Part shown: positions 47,064 through 56,347 of the stretch, one piece after another
Layout: each line of letters begins with the position of its first letter
Numbering within the stretch: the stretch's first letter is position 1
Assembly: GCA_965602185.1 (NCBI GenBank)
Contig: CBFCYP010000001.1
Location: 1,413 to 65,412, forward strand
Length of the DNA stretch: 64,000 nt
DNA from: an uncultured bacterium
Lineage (GTDB): Bacteria; Zixibacteria; MSB-5A5; UBA10806
Direction of reading: 5' to 3'
The notes under the pieces: generated by a model
The model's database searches: none
What the model saw: only the letters and a program-made list of their open reading frames with translations
Told to the model about the DNA's origin: nothing
Position numbers and translations under genes: made by a program

Positions 47064-49418
47064 ATGGCATCAGGAACCATTGACGGCATATATTCAGGTC
47101 TAAATACTACTGAAATTATAAACAGTATCATTGAAGCCGAGAGGGCAAAACAGAATGTTTATCTGGCCAGGCAGGCCGAATACACGCAGAAACTTACCAG
47201 CTGGCAGACTATAAACTCGTATCTTCTGGCATTCAAGACTCAGGCCGATGTTTTATCAAAAGCGTCTCTTTGGGATAAAATCTCGGTTACGTCCTCGGAT
47301 TCGGATATAATATCCGCAACCGGAAGCGGAAGTTCGGCCAGCGGAACGTATTTCGTCTCTGTGGATCAACTGGCTCAAAATCAGCAGATAGCGAGCCAGG
47401 GCTATTCCTCCGATCAAACTATAGTGGGTACCGGTACAATCGAGATCTCCGTTGGAGGCAGCTCCCCTATTACCATTAATATGGAAGCCGGCAGCAATAG
47501 TCTGAACGCGCTGAAACAGGCTATAAATGACGCCGGCGCGGGAGTGACCGCGGCAATTATAAACGACGGATCGGGAAATAATCCCTTCAGGCTGATCCTG
47601 TCAGCCAACGAAACCGGGGCGGATAGCGAGATTACGGTGACGACTGATCTTATAGGCGGAACCCAGCCCGATTTCGGTACCAGTTATTTTGATATTCCCG
47701 AAAAAATCGAATGGTCGCCGAATGCGACTTCAAATCCGTCGCTGGGAGCCGGCGCCGGTTACACGGGTACTGTCAATAAGATCTATGACTTCACCATAGA
47801 CGGTTCAACGCCCAAGACCATCGGCGTTGATGAAATCGCCATAAACTGGACCGACGGCACGAATTCCGGTTCAATAACAATTCCTTCTACTTTTAATCCC
47901 GCCACGGATGAAGTGGTTTTAACGGGCGATGGCTCGGACGGGTTGACATTGTCGTTTTCCTCGGGCGTTCTCGTGGGAGGGGATACGTTTCAGGTGCAGG
48001 TTCTGGCGCCTACGATTCAAGCCGGTCAGGATGCGATCCTGAGGCTCGGTTCCCAGGGTTCCGGCGGTTCTCCCATTGTTGTCACATCCTCCTCCAATAC
48101 CGTGACAACGCTCATCGATGGAGTTACCCTGGAATTGCATGATGTTTCCTCGGGTTCGATTAGAATAACGGTTGATACGGACCATTCCAGCATTTTATCC
48201 ACGGTTCAGGATCTGGTCAGCAAATACAACGAGTTCGCGGAGTTTGTGGATCAACAGATGAGTTTTAACGCCGAAGCCAATACCGCCGGTGTGCTGCTGG
48301 GCGAAATCTCCCTGGTGAATCTGCTTTCATATATTAGATCCGATATTACCCGGAGAGTCAGGGGATTGGATGGAGATCTCAGAACACTTTCAGACGTCGG
48401 AGTGAAATTTGATATTCATGGAAAGCTGAGCGTCAATACCTCGGTTTTGACGGAGTTATTAAATGATGATCCTGAAGCGGTGAAAAAGCTGTTTCTGGCG
48501 TCAGGCAATTCCGACAACGGATATGTTAAGTTTCTGTCTGCGGGCCCGGATGCAGTCCCCTCCGAAAGCGGATATGACGTCGATATCACTCAGGCTGCCA
48601 CCCGGGGAACCTATGCCGGAGTGTCCATTGATAGCCCGGCGCTATCTAATATCGATCTGACCAATAATAATAACAGAATAAAAATATCGGTAAACGGGAC
48701 AACTTCGGGAGAAATTTCGCTTGAAGCGAGGATTTATACCAGTGGTGATGATCTTGCCGCGGAGATCGAGGAAAAAATCAATGCCGATGAATCTCTGGGT
48801 TCCAATGAGGTGGAGGTTGTATGGGTGAATAACGGAGATACCGGTCATTTCGAAATAACGTCCTCCATCTGGGGTTCAAATTCCAAAGTTAATCTTGATG
48901 TCGAACCCGCCTGGAGCGCGCATTCCATACTGGGGCTTTCAGAGGGGACGTCTACCGACGGCACCGACATCGAAGGCACCATAAACGGTGAACCGGCAAC
49001 GGGGGTGGGCCAGGTTCTTACAGGAGACGACGACAACGAAAATACCGCCGGTCTGAAACTCAAGGTTAGCCTGACGCCGGATCTGCTGGTCGACGGCGCA
49101 GAGGGCAAGATTACCCTAACCAAAGGCATCGCCGCTATGTTGAGCGAGAAAATTGACGCTTACACCGATGCAAACGATGGAATTTTGAATTCGAGAACCA
49201 AAACCATTGAAAAGCAAATTAACAATATTAAGGAGCAAATAGAGAGAATGGAAGAACAGCTTGAAGTCAAAAGGCAAAGTCTTTACAAACAATTTATCGC
49301 TATGGAAGAGGCGATCGGAAAGTTACAGAGTCAGCAGATGTTTCTTTCCTCCGCCCTCGCGAGTTTAAATTCCTCTTCGGCTTACAATAATAGGTCCAGC
49401 GGTATGATATCGTACTAA
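47064..49418 (+). CDS. fliD: Flagellar filament cap protein FliD, enlarged (784 aa)
   Basis: N-terminus SGLNTTEIINSIIEAERAKQNVYLARQAEYTQKLTSWQTINSYLLAF and a C-terminal coiled coil (IEKQINNIKEQIERMEEQLEVKRQSLYKQFIAMEEAIGKLQSQQ). An AGGAGG RBS precedes the ATG at 47064. Confidence 0.88.
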   Translation: MASGTIDGIYSGLNTTEIINSIIEAERAKQNVYLARQAEYTQKLTSWQTINSYLLAFKTQADVLSKASLWDKISVTSSDSDIISATGSGSSASGTYFVSVDQLAQNQQIASQGYSSDQTIVGTGTIEISVGGSSPITINMEAGSNSLNALKQAINDAGAGVTAAIINDGSGNNPFRLILSANETGADSEITVTTDLIGGTQPDFGTSYFDIPEKIEWSPNATSNPSLGAGAGYTGTVNKIYDFTIDGSTPKTIGVDEIAINWTDGTNSGSITIPSTFNPATDEVVLTGDGSDGLTLSFSSGVLVGGDTFQVQVLAPTIQAGQDAILRLGSQGSGGSPIVVTSSSNTVTTLIDGVTLELHDVSSGSIRITVDTDHSSILSTVQDLVSKYNEFAEFVDQQMSFNAEANTAGVLLGEISLVNLLSYIRSDITRRVRGLDGDLRTLSDVGVKFDIHGKLSVNTSVLTELLNDDPEAVKKLFLASGNSDNGYVKFLSAGPDAVPSESGYDVDITQAATRGTYAGVSIDSPALSNIDLTNNNNRIKISVNGTTSGEISLEARIYTSGDDLAAEIEEKINADESLGSNEVEVVWVNNGDTGHFEITSSIWGSNSKVNLDVEPAWSAHSILGLSEGTSTDGTDIEGTINGEPATGVGQVLTGDDDNENTAGLKLKVSLTPDLLVDGAEGKITLTKGIAAMLSEKIDAYTDANDGILNSRTKTIEKQINNIKEQIERMEEQLEVKRQSLYKQFIAMEEAIGKLQSQQMFLSSALASLNSSSAYNNRSSGMISY

Positions 49419-49442
49419 TTAATTTTATAAGCGGGGCAATTA

Positions 49443-49877
49443 GTGGCAAATAAAGAGCTGAAAACGTACAGAGATGTTAAAATCAGGAATATGAGTCAAC
49501 GGGAGCTCATAGTTTTCCTTTATGAATCCTCGTTAAGATTAATGGAGGAAGGAAAAGAAAAGATCGCCGCGGGAGACATACCCGGCACCCATGAAAAACT
49601 TGACCGCGCCAGAAACATTTTCCTGCATCTGCTGGCAACGTTGAATCTCGAATCGGGCGGAGAATTCGCCAGAAGGCTATCAGCCCTTTATTCTTATTTT
49701 GTGGAAAAGATCACCATGGCGAACGTGTCCCAAAATGTAGACGAACTGGATGAAATCATTCCATTCGTCAGCGAGATAAAAGAAGCCTGGGAGAAAATGG
49801 AATTTGAAGATCCCGGAAAATCTTCCCCGGGAATCAACAATAACCCGGAGAATCAATTAATCTCGATGGAGGTGTAG
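49443..49877 (+). CDS. fliS: Flagellin export chaperone FliS
   Basis: 144 aa with FliS-family sequence (RELIVFLYESSLRLMEEGKEKIAAGDIPGTHEKLDRARNIFLHLLATL). GTG start. Confidence 0.85.
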   Translation: MANKELKTYRDVKIRNMSQRELIVFLYESSLRLMEEGKEKIAAGDIPGTHEKLDRARNIFLHLLATLNLESGGEFARRLSALYSYFVEKITMANVSQNVDELDEIIPFVSEIKEAWEKMEFEDPGKSSPGINNNPENQLISMEV

Positions 49878-50317
49878 TGAATAATTCCAAGGCCAAGCTG
49901 GTCGCACTCCTGGAATCCAAAAAACGCCTTTTTCAAGATATGGAGAAGATCCTGATCGAACAGGAAAATCTCCTTAAAAATAGGGAGCTTGATGGATTTC
50001 GTGATAAAAGCGAGAATATCGACAGTATTATTGAAAAAATAAAAAACACCGATTATGACATCGCCCGCCTCGAGTCCGATTATACGAGTCTTTCCGGGAT
50101 GCTAAATTCCGGCGATGATGAAATCAAAAGAATACTGGATGGCATAATTAAAATCTCGAAAAGAAATTACGGGCTTATGGATAAGCTGGCTGAAAACCTG
50201 AAAAAATCCTATCAGGATCTTAAGGAAGAGCTGGGTGACACGGTCGAGATGGGCAAAATCAGCGGGTATAAAACTGCAACGCAACCCTCGCCCGTGTATT
50301 TCGATAAAACCAGCTAA
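49877..50317 (+). CDS. FliT-like flagellar chaperone, hypothetical
   Basis: 146-aa helical protein translationally coupled to fliS (GTGA overlap); assigned by position and size. Confidence 0.4.
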   Translation: MNNSKAKLVALLESKKRLFQDMEKILIEQENLLKNRELDGFRDKSENIDSIIEKIKNTDYDIARLESDYTSLSGMLNSGDDEIKRILDGIIKISKRNYGLMDKLAENLKKSYQDLKEELGDTVEMGKISGYKTATQPSPVYFDKTS

Positions 50318-50341
50318 GATATTCGCGCGACTCGCCGATAC
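50315..50341 (+). promoter_or_regulatory. Candidate sigma28 promoter for flgM and the HDOD gene
   Basis: TAAGATAT-N11-GCCGATAC, ending 22 nt before the flgM ATG. Confidence 0.45.
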
Positions 50342-50362
50342 AGACAATGAGATAATGCGATT

Positions 50363-50833
50363 ATGAAGATTAACGATTTTAATAATAATATCCCACCGAC
50401 CAACGTCAATCCAAAAACTCATAAATCCGTCGATCATTACGCCTCCGGCGATGGCGACGGAAAAACAATCTCAAAAAACGCTGATTCAAGAGTGAAAGTT
50501 TCGGCTGGTCCCGGCAAGTCTGAGCGCATAGTTTCCGGAAAAGACAGAATAGAGCTGAACATAAATCGCGCTGCTGTTACCGGAGCTGAAATCTCCCGGC
50601 ATGCGCCCGATCTCAAAGATTCTATCAAACCGGGGGAGATGGCAAAGGAAGCAATTTACAGCCCTGAAAGCGTTTCCGGGACCGCGAAAATTTCGCATGA
50701 TGCTTCCCACGAAATTAAACTTTCGAAAGTTCGACAAAAAATTGCCGATGGTTATTATGATACTCCCGAATTTATAGAAAGGCTGGCGGAAAAGCTGATT
50801 GAAAAATTTTATCTATCCGGGGAGAAAAATTAA
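50363..50833 (+). CDS. flgM: Anti-sigma28 factor FlgM
   Basis: C-terminal FlgM domain (KLSKVRQKIADGYYDTPEFIERLAEKLIEKF) on a disordered N-terminal region. Confidence 0.75.
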   Translation: MKINDFNNNIPPTNVNPKTHKSVDHYASGDGDGKTISKNADSRVKVSAGPGKSERIVSGKDRIELNINRAAVTGAEISRHAPDLKDSIKPGEMAKEAIYSPESVSGTAKISHDASHEIKLSKVRQKIADGYYDTPEFIERLAEKLIEKFYLSGEKN

Positions 50834-50835
50834 TA

Positions 50836-51732
50836 ATGCAGGCTACAACTGAGACTACGGAAAAAAAGCTTAAAATTATCGTAGATAAGATTCATAACCT
50901 TCCCACCCCTCCGATCGTTTTTTCGCAGATTACGAAAGTTATAAATAATCCGGATACTTCAGCCTATGAAATCGGCGGTATCATAGCCGAAGACCCCGCG
51001 CTCACCGCCAAAGTGCTGAAACTCACAAACTCGTCCTTTTATGGCATTCCCAGAACGATAACCAACGTGAAACAGGCGATCGTTATTCTGGGCCTGGATG
51101 CCATCAAATCGCTGGTCATCTCGGCGTCGGTTTTTGATGCATTTTCGAAAAACAAGGTCCTTGACACCGAATATCTGGAAAACTTCTGGCGTCACTCTCT
51201 CCTGGTGGCGTTTATGGCTAAAATTATCAGCAGGTTCAGAAAAACATCGAACCTCCAGGAGGCGGAAATAGCCTTTTCGGGAGGTCTTTTACACGATATC
51301 GGAAAATTAATATTAATCTCTCATCTCCCCGATGAATATCTGAAAATAAAAGCCATACAGGAGAAAGAATCAGCGATGTCGGAGATTGATATTGAATCCG
51401 ATGTTCTGCAATTTAATCATGCCCATCTGGGAAGCTATATGGCAGGGAAATGGAATCTTCCGGAAGAGATCTGCGACGCTATTATGAACCACCATTCGGA
51501 AGAAGCCTTGCCGACCAATATCCTGTCCGCCGTAATTCATCTGGCTGATTATCTTGGCCATAAAAATGGACTTTCTGATGATAATATAATCGAAAGAAAG
51601 AATCCTTTCTATCAAAGCGTTTGGACGATTCTCGGTGTGGAGTCATCATCGACGGATCGGATGCTGGAAATGCTGAGAAGCGAATACGCCAAAGCCGAAA
51701 CGTTTCTGAAAATGGCCCAGGGAATGGGTTGA
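50836..51732 (+). CDS. HDOD-domain signalling protein
   Basis: HDOD features: [52 protein letters not shown]. Confidence 0.8.
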   Translation: MQATTETTEKKLKIIVDKIHNLPTPPIVFSQITKVINNPDTSAYEIGGIIAEDPALTAKVLKLTNSSFYGIPRTITNVKQAIVILGLDAIKSLVISASVFDAFSKNKVLDTEYLENFWRHSLLVAFMAKIISRFRKTSNLQEAEIAFSGGLLHDIGKLILISHLPDEYLKIKAIQEKESAMSEIDIESDVLQFNHAHLGSYMAGKWNLPEEICDAIMNHHSEEALPTNILSAVIHLADYLGHKNGLSDDNIIERKNPFYQSVWTILGVESSSTDRMLEMLRSEYAKAETFLKMAQGMG

Positions 51733-51933
51733 AATCCGGTATAAATCCGAAAAATAGTCCATATAACGATTTTAGATGCGACAACTGCATTTTGAGATTT
51801 TTTCCTTGCCCGATTTTTTATGGAAAAGTATATTAACCCTTGATGACCGGTTTCGAATTCGGTTGTCATATGATGTGTGTGTTTTTGGAGACCGGCGAAA
51901 TATCGATCGGCCTCGAGTGGATTTAAGTAATAT

Positions 51934-51959
51934 TAAATTTGGACTTTTGTTGCCGATAA
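51934..51959 (+). promoter_or_regulatory. Near-consensus sigma28-type promoter immediately upstream of tRNA-Val
   Basis: TAAATTTG-N10-GCCGATAA, an 8 of 8 match to the -10 consensus. The -10 ends 8 nt before tRNA nucleotide 1. Confidence 0.4.
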
Positions 51960-51967
51960 TTTTACCG

Positions 51968-52044
51968 GGGCGATTAGCTCAGATGGTTAGAGTACTTGCT
52001 TGACATGCAAGGGGTCACTGGTTCAATTCCAGTATCGCCCACCA
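51968..52044 (+). tRNA. tRNA-Val (anticodon GAC), CCA encoded
   Basis: Manual cloverleaf: acceptor GGGCGAT/ATCGCCC, D-arm GCTC-AGATGGTTA-GAGT, anticodon stem CTTGC/GCAAG with loop TTGACAT, T-arm ACTGG-TTCAATT-CCAGT, discriminator A plus CCA. Confidence 0.9.
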
Positions 52045-52124
52045 TTGTGTATGAGAGGCGGCAACAGTCTGGAGGTTTTGAAGTCTAAGCTGCCCTCTTT
52101 GGGTAGCTGATTTTTATTTAGGTA

Positions 52125-54047
52125 ATGATTACAGTAAGGTTTCCCGACAATTCGAAAAAAGAGTTCGAAGAGAGTATCACTCCGGCCGAAATAGTGAAAT
52201 TGATTTCCAATTCGCTGGCCAGAAAAGCCTTGGGCGCGGTTGTTAATGAAACCGTTGTAGACCTATCTTGCTCCATAAAAACCGATTGCTCTCTGAGAAT
52301 TCTTACTTTTGATGACCCCGAAGGTAGGGAGATCTTCTGGCATTCCTCGGCGCATCTGATGGCTTCTGCGGTTCTAAAGCTGTTTCCGGATACGAAACTG
52401 GCCATCGGACCGGCTGTTCCCGACGATTTTTCATCGAGGTTTTATTACGATCTCGATATGAATCACAAACTTGCGGAGGAAGACCTTGTCGCTATCGAAA
52501 TGAAAATGCAGGAATTGGCCGCAAAGAATCTTCCTTTTGAAAGAACCGAGGAAAATCGTCAGGCAGCGATATCAAGGTTTAAGGACGAGGAAGATATATA
52601 TAAAGCTGAGATGGCGTCCGAAATGGAGGATGAAAATGTCAGCTTTTATAGTCATAACGACTTTATGGATATGTGCCGGGGACCGCATATACCCTCTACA
52701 GGTCACATAAAAGCCGTTAAGCTCCTTTCAATCGCCGGAGCCTACTGGCGAGGCGATGAGAAAAATAAGATGCTCCAGAGAATATATGGGGTGAGTTTTC
52801 CCGATAAAAAGATGCTGGATGAGCATTTGAGCAAAATCGAGGAGGCCAAAAAACGCGACCACCGTTATCTGGGCCGCGATCTCGATCTTTTCTCAATTTC
52901 GGAATCCGTCGGTTCAGGTTTGGTTCTCTGGCACCCTCGCGGAGCGATTGTAAGAACCATCATCGAAAATTTCTGGCGGGAGGAACACCTCAAAAACGGG
53001 TATGATATCGTATATTCGCCCCATATAGCCAAACTGGATCTCTGGGACAAATCGGGGCATACAGATTTTTATTCGGAAAACATGTATTCCCCCATGGCGA
53101 TTGACGAGGTTAACTACGAGATAAAACCTATGAACTGCCCTTTTCATATTCATATTTATAAGTCTAAAACCAGGAGCTACCGGGATCTTCCGTTCAGATG
53201 GGCCGAATTGGGCACAGTATATCGTTATGAACGTTCAGGAGTCTTGCATGGCCTCATGCGCGTCAGGGGATTTACCCAGGACGATGCTCATATTTTCTGC
53301 CGTCCCGATCAGTTGCAGGTAGAGCTCGAGAGAACCATAAAATTCAACCTCTTTTTCCTGAGAACCTTTAAATTCGATAATTTCGACGTTTACCTTTCCA
53401 CTCGCCCCGAGAAGTTCGTTGGAACCACCGCAGGATGGGACAGGGCAACCGACGCGTTAAAAAACGCCCTGGAGGCGACGGAGACAAAATACGAAATCGA
53501 TCCCGGCGAGGGGGTTTTTTACGGCCCCAAAATCGATATCAAAATTAAGGATAATCTCGGCCGCTCGTGGCAATGCACCACGATTCAGGTCGATTTCAAT
53601 CTTCCCGATAGATTCGAGATCGAATATATCGCCGACGACGGTTCCAGGAAACAGCCCATCATGATTCATCGCGCCTTGCTGGGATCCATGGAACGCTTCT
53701 TTGGCGTGCTTATCGAACATTACGCCGGTAATTTTCCCTTGTGGTTGGCCCCCGAACAGATTAGAATCCTTCCGGTGACCGATTTTGCGAACCGATACGG
53801 CGATAAATTAGTTGACACTTTTAAAAAAGGGGGTTTCAGAACCGGGATCGATCTCTCCCGCGAGAAAATCGGGAAGAAGATAAGAGACGCGGAGAGTATG
53901 AAAATCCCGTACATGGCGGTTATCGGCAAAAAAGAGATTGAAGAAGGCACGATTTCGCTCCGAAAACATACAATAGGTAACATTGGAGAGATATCGATAG
54001 ATGATGCTATCGGGAATCTGAAAGAAGAAGTTGAGAATAAAAACTGA
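52125..54047 (+). CDS. thrS: Threonyl-tRNA synthetase
   Basis: N-terminal TGS domain, class II core (HRALLGSMERFFGVLIEHYAGNFPLWLAP) and a C-terminal anticodon-binding domain. Confidence 0.95.
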   Translation: MITVRFPDNSKKEFEESITPAEIVKLISNSLARKALGAVVNETVVDLSCSIKTDCSLRILTFDDPEGREIFWHSSAHLMASAVLKLFPDTKLAIGPAVPDDFSSRFYYDLDMNHKLAEEDLVAIEMKMQELAAKNLPFERTEENRQAAISRFKDEEDIYKAEMASEMEDENVSFYSHNDFMDMCRGPHIPSTGHIKAVKLLSIAGAYWRGDEKNKMLQRIYGVSFPDKKMLDEHLSKIEEAKKRDHRYLGRDLDLFSISESVGSGLVLWHPRGAIVRTIIENFWREEHLKNGYDIVYSPHIAKLDLWDKSGHTDFYSENMYSPMAIDEVNYEIKPMNCPFHIHIYKSKTRSYRDLPFRWAELGTVYRYERSGVLHGLMRVRGFTQDDAHIFCRPDQLQVELERTIKFNLFFLRTFKFDNFDVYLSTRPEKFVGTTAGWDRATDALKNALEATETKYEIDPGEGVFYGPKIDIKIKDNLGRSWQCTTIQVDFNLPDRFEIEYIADDGSRKQPIMIHRALLGSMERFFGVLIEHYAGNFPLWLAPEQIRILPVTDFANRYGDKLVDTFKKGGFRTGIDLSREKIGKKIRDAESMKIPYMAVIGKKEIEEGTISLRKHTIGNIGEISIDDAIGNLKEEVENKN

Positions 54048-54072
54048 CCTATAACATCCTGGAGGTAACGTA

Positions 54073-54594
54073 ATAGCAAGAGAAACAGGTACCAGAATAA
54101 ATCGAAGAATAAGAGCTGCTGAGGTGCGTTTGATCGACGAAGATGGTTCTCAACTGGGGATCGTCCCTATCCGCCAGGCCATAGAGACAGCGGATGACAG
54201 GGGGCTTGACCTGGTGGAGGTGGCCGCGAACGCCAAGCCGCCAGTATGCAGGATAATGGATTATGGGAAATTTCTTTACGAAAGCTCCAAAAAGGCCAAG
54301 CTGGCGAAGAAGAAACAGCATACCATCAGCCTGAAGGAAATGAGATTCAGGCCCAAAACGGAGGAACACGATTACCAATTTAAGCTAAAACACATCAGAG
54401 ACTTTCTTGAACACGGGTCTAAAGTCAAGGTTTTCGTAATATTCCGAGGACGTGAGATGGTACACAAGGATCGGGGCTACAAGATTATCGAACGGGTGAA
54501 AAACGATCTCGCTGATCTGGCGGAACCTGAGGGTCAATCGAAGATGGAAGGCCGGCATCTCTCGCAAATATTTTACATGAAAAAGGCCAGATAA
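54073..54594 (+). CDS. infC: Translation initiation factor IF-3, apparent non-AUG (ATA) start
   Basis: IF-3 sequence (RINRRIRAAEVRLIDEDGSQLGIVPIRQAIETADDRGLDLVEV). The in-frame N-terminus extends upstream of the first GTG, and a GGAGG RBS sits 7 nt before the in-frame ATA at 54073. Confidence 0.8.
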   Translation: MARETGTRINRRIRAAEVRLIDEDGSQLGIVPIRQAIETADDRGLDLVEVAANAKPPVCRIMDYGKFLYESSKKAKLAKKKQHTISLKEMRFRPKTEEHDYQFKLKHIRDFLEHGSKVKVFVIFRGREMVHKDRGYKIIERVKNDLADLAEPEGQSKMEGRHLSQIFYMKKAR

Positions 54595-54688
54595 ACGGCT
54601 TTTAACGAAACCGATTAAGAGATTGCCGTAATTTTTTATTGCTATTGAGCTTGCTTTTAGATATATTCAGCGTTTTAAAGGAGTTTCA

Positions 54689-54883
54689 ATGCCGAAAATT
54701 AAGACGAACAAGGGGGCGGCCAAGAGATTTAAAAAAACCGCCACCGGAAAGATAAAAAGGCGTAAACCGCTTAAAAATCATATACTTACAAAGAAAACCA
54801 GAAAACGCAAGAGAAACCTGCGTCAGGCCACTCTTGTTCACAAATCCGATATGAATCGCGTGGAAGCGATGCTGCCTTATTAA
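54689..54883 (+). CDS. rpmI: 50S ribosomal protein L35
   Basis: [26 protein letters not shown]. Confidence 0.95.
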   Translation: MPKIKTNKGAAKRFKKTATGKIKRRKPLKNHILTKKTRKRKRNLRQATLVHKSDMNRVEAMLPY

Positions 54884-54909
54884 ACGGACAAAATTGACGG
54901 AGAAAGAAA

Positions 54910-55260
54910 ATGCCCAGGGCAAGAAATAATGTTGCGGCTCATAGAAGGCATAAAAAATTCCTTAGCCAGGCCAAGGGGAATTATGGCGGACGAAGCAGGC
55001 TGTACAGGACTGCCAGAGAGACCGTTCAGAAAGGATTGGCCTACGCGTACCGTGATCGCCGTAACAGAAAACGTGATTTTCGAAGATTATGGATAATTAG
55101 AATCAATGCCGCTGCCAGGCTGAATGGTATGTCATATTCCGCTTTTATTGACGGACTTAACAAAGCCGGAGTCTCTTTAAACAGGAAAATGCTGGCCGAT
55201 ATAGCCGTCAGGGATTCCATGGCTTTTGCGGAATTGGCAGAAACTGCCAGGAGCGCTTGA
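54910..55260 (+). CDS. rplT: 50S ribosomal protein L20
   Basis: [35 protein letters not shown]. Confidence 0.95.
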   Translation: MPRARNNVAAHRRHKKFLSQAKGNYGGRSRLYRTARETVQKGLAYAYRDRRNRKRDFRRLWIIRINAAARLNGMSYSAFIDGLNKAGVSLNRKMLADIAVRDSMAFAELAETARSA

Positions 55261-55330
55261 TTCTATAGATTTTTAAGAATCTATAAAACTCTCCTGGCGG
55301 GCTTTTCCCGTAAAAGCCCGTCTCGGCATT

Positions 55331-56347
55331 ATGAGCGAAATATTAACTTTTCTCAAGACTATCGAAGACGAGGCCAAAACGGCCATCGAAAAAGCTGATG
55401 ATAAATCGGCTCTCGATAGCGTCGCTTATTTATACCTTGGCAGAAAGGGCAAATTGGCCGAGGTATCACGTGGTTTCGGAAAGCTCGATCCCCAAATCAG
55501 GCCTCAGGTCGGTTCCCGGCTAAATGAATTGAAAAAAATGCTCGGTGATTTAATAGCACAGAAAGAAGGGACCTTAACCTCTGTTCCGGAATCAAAAGAT
55601 GCTTTCGATTATACCCTGCCCGGAAAACGATCATTTGTGGGACGCAGGCATCCATTGATGCAGACGGTTGATCGGATTGTGTATATTTTCCGCGGAATGG
55701 GCTTTTCGGTAGCCACCGGCCCCGATATCGATACTGACTTCAATAATTTTGACGCCCTGAATACCCCGGAAGATCATCCGGCAAGAGACCTTTCGGATAC
55801 GTTTTATATTAAAAAGGGCATACTATTGAGGACTCATACTTCCACTGTCCAGATTCGCACCATGCAGGCTCAAAAACCGCCGGTGAGGATAATTTCTCCC
55901 GGCCGATGCTACCGCTCGGATACCCCCGACGCTTCGCACTCGCCGGTTTTTTATCAGTGTGAAGGGCTTTTTGTGGATGAGCATGTAACCTTTGGCGATA
56001 TGAAAGGCGTGATCATTCAATTCGCCAGGGAGATGTTCGGTCCCGATATTAAGGTCCGTTTCAGGCCACACTTCTTTCCTTTTACCGAACCGTCAGCGGA
56101 ATACGATTTTTCCTGCATGATTTGCGGTGGTAAAGGTTGCCGGGTGTGTAAAAATAACGGCTGGTTGGAGATTTCCGGCGCTGGTATGGTCGACCCCGAG
56201 GTTTTTAAAGCCGTCGGTTATGATCCTGATAAGGTTACCGGATACGCTTTCGGTATGGGCGTGGATAGAATAACCATGCTAAGATACCGCATAGGCGATA
56301 TCAGGTTGCTCTATGATAATGACGTTAGATTTTTAAGGCAGTTCTGA
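55331..56347 (+). CDS. pheS: Phenylalanyl-tRNA synthetase alpha subunit
   Basis: Class II motifs (FRPHFFPFTEPSAEYD; GAGMVDPEVF). Confidence 0.95.
   Translation: MSEILTFLKTIEDEAKTAIEKADDKSALDSVAYLYLGRKGKLAEVSRGFGKLDPQIRPQVGSRLNELKKMLGDLIAQKEGTLTSVPESKDAFDYTLPGKRSFVGRRHPLMQTVDRIVYIFRGMGFSVATGPDIDTDFNNFDALNTPEDHPARDLSDTFYIKKGILLRTHTSTVQIRTMQAQKPPVRIISPGRCYRSDTPDASHSPVFYQCEGLFVDEHVTFGDMKGVIIQFAREMFGPDIKVRFRPHFFPFTEPSAEYDFSCMICGGKGCRVCKNNGWLEISGAGMVDPEVFKAVGYDPDKVTGYAFGMGVDRITMLRYRIGDIRLLYDNDVRFLRQF

Noticed and set aside
51938-51960. sigma70-type promoter reading TTGGAC ... GATAAT upstream of tRNA-Val
   Set aside because: The spacer between the hexamers is only about 10 nt. The sigma28 reading of the same sequence has correct spacing and a perfect -10.
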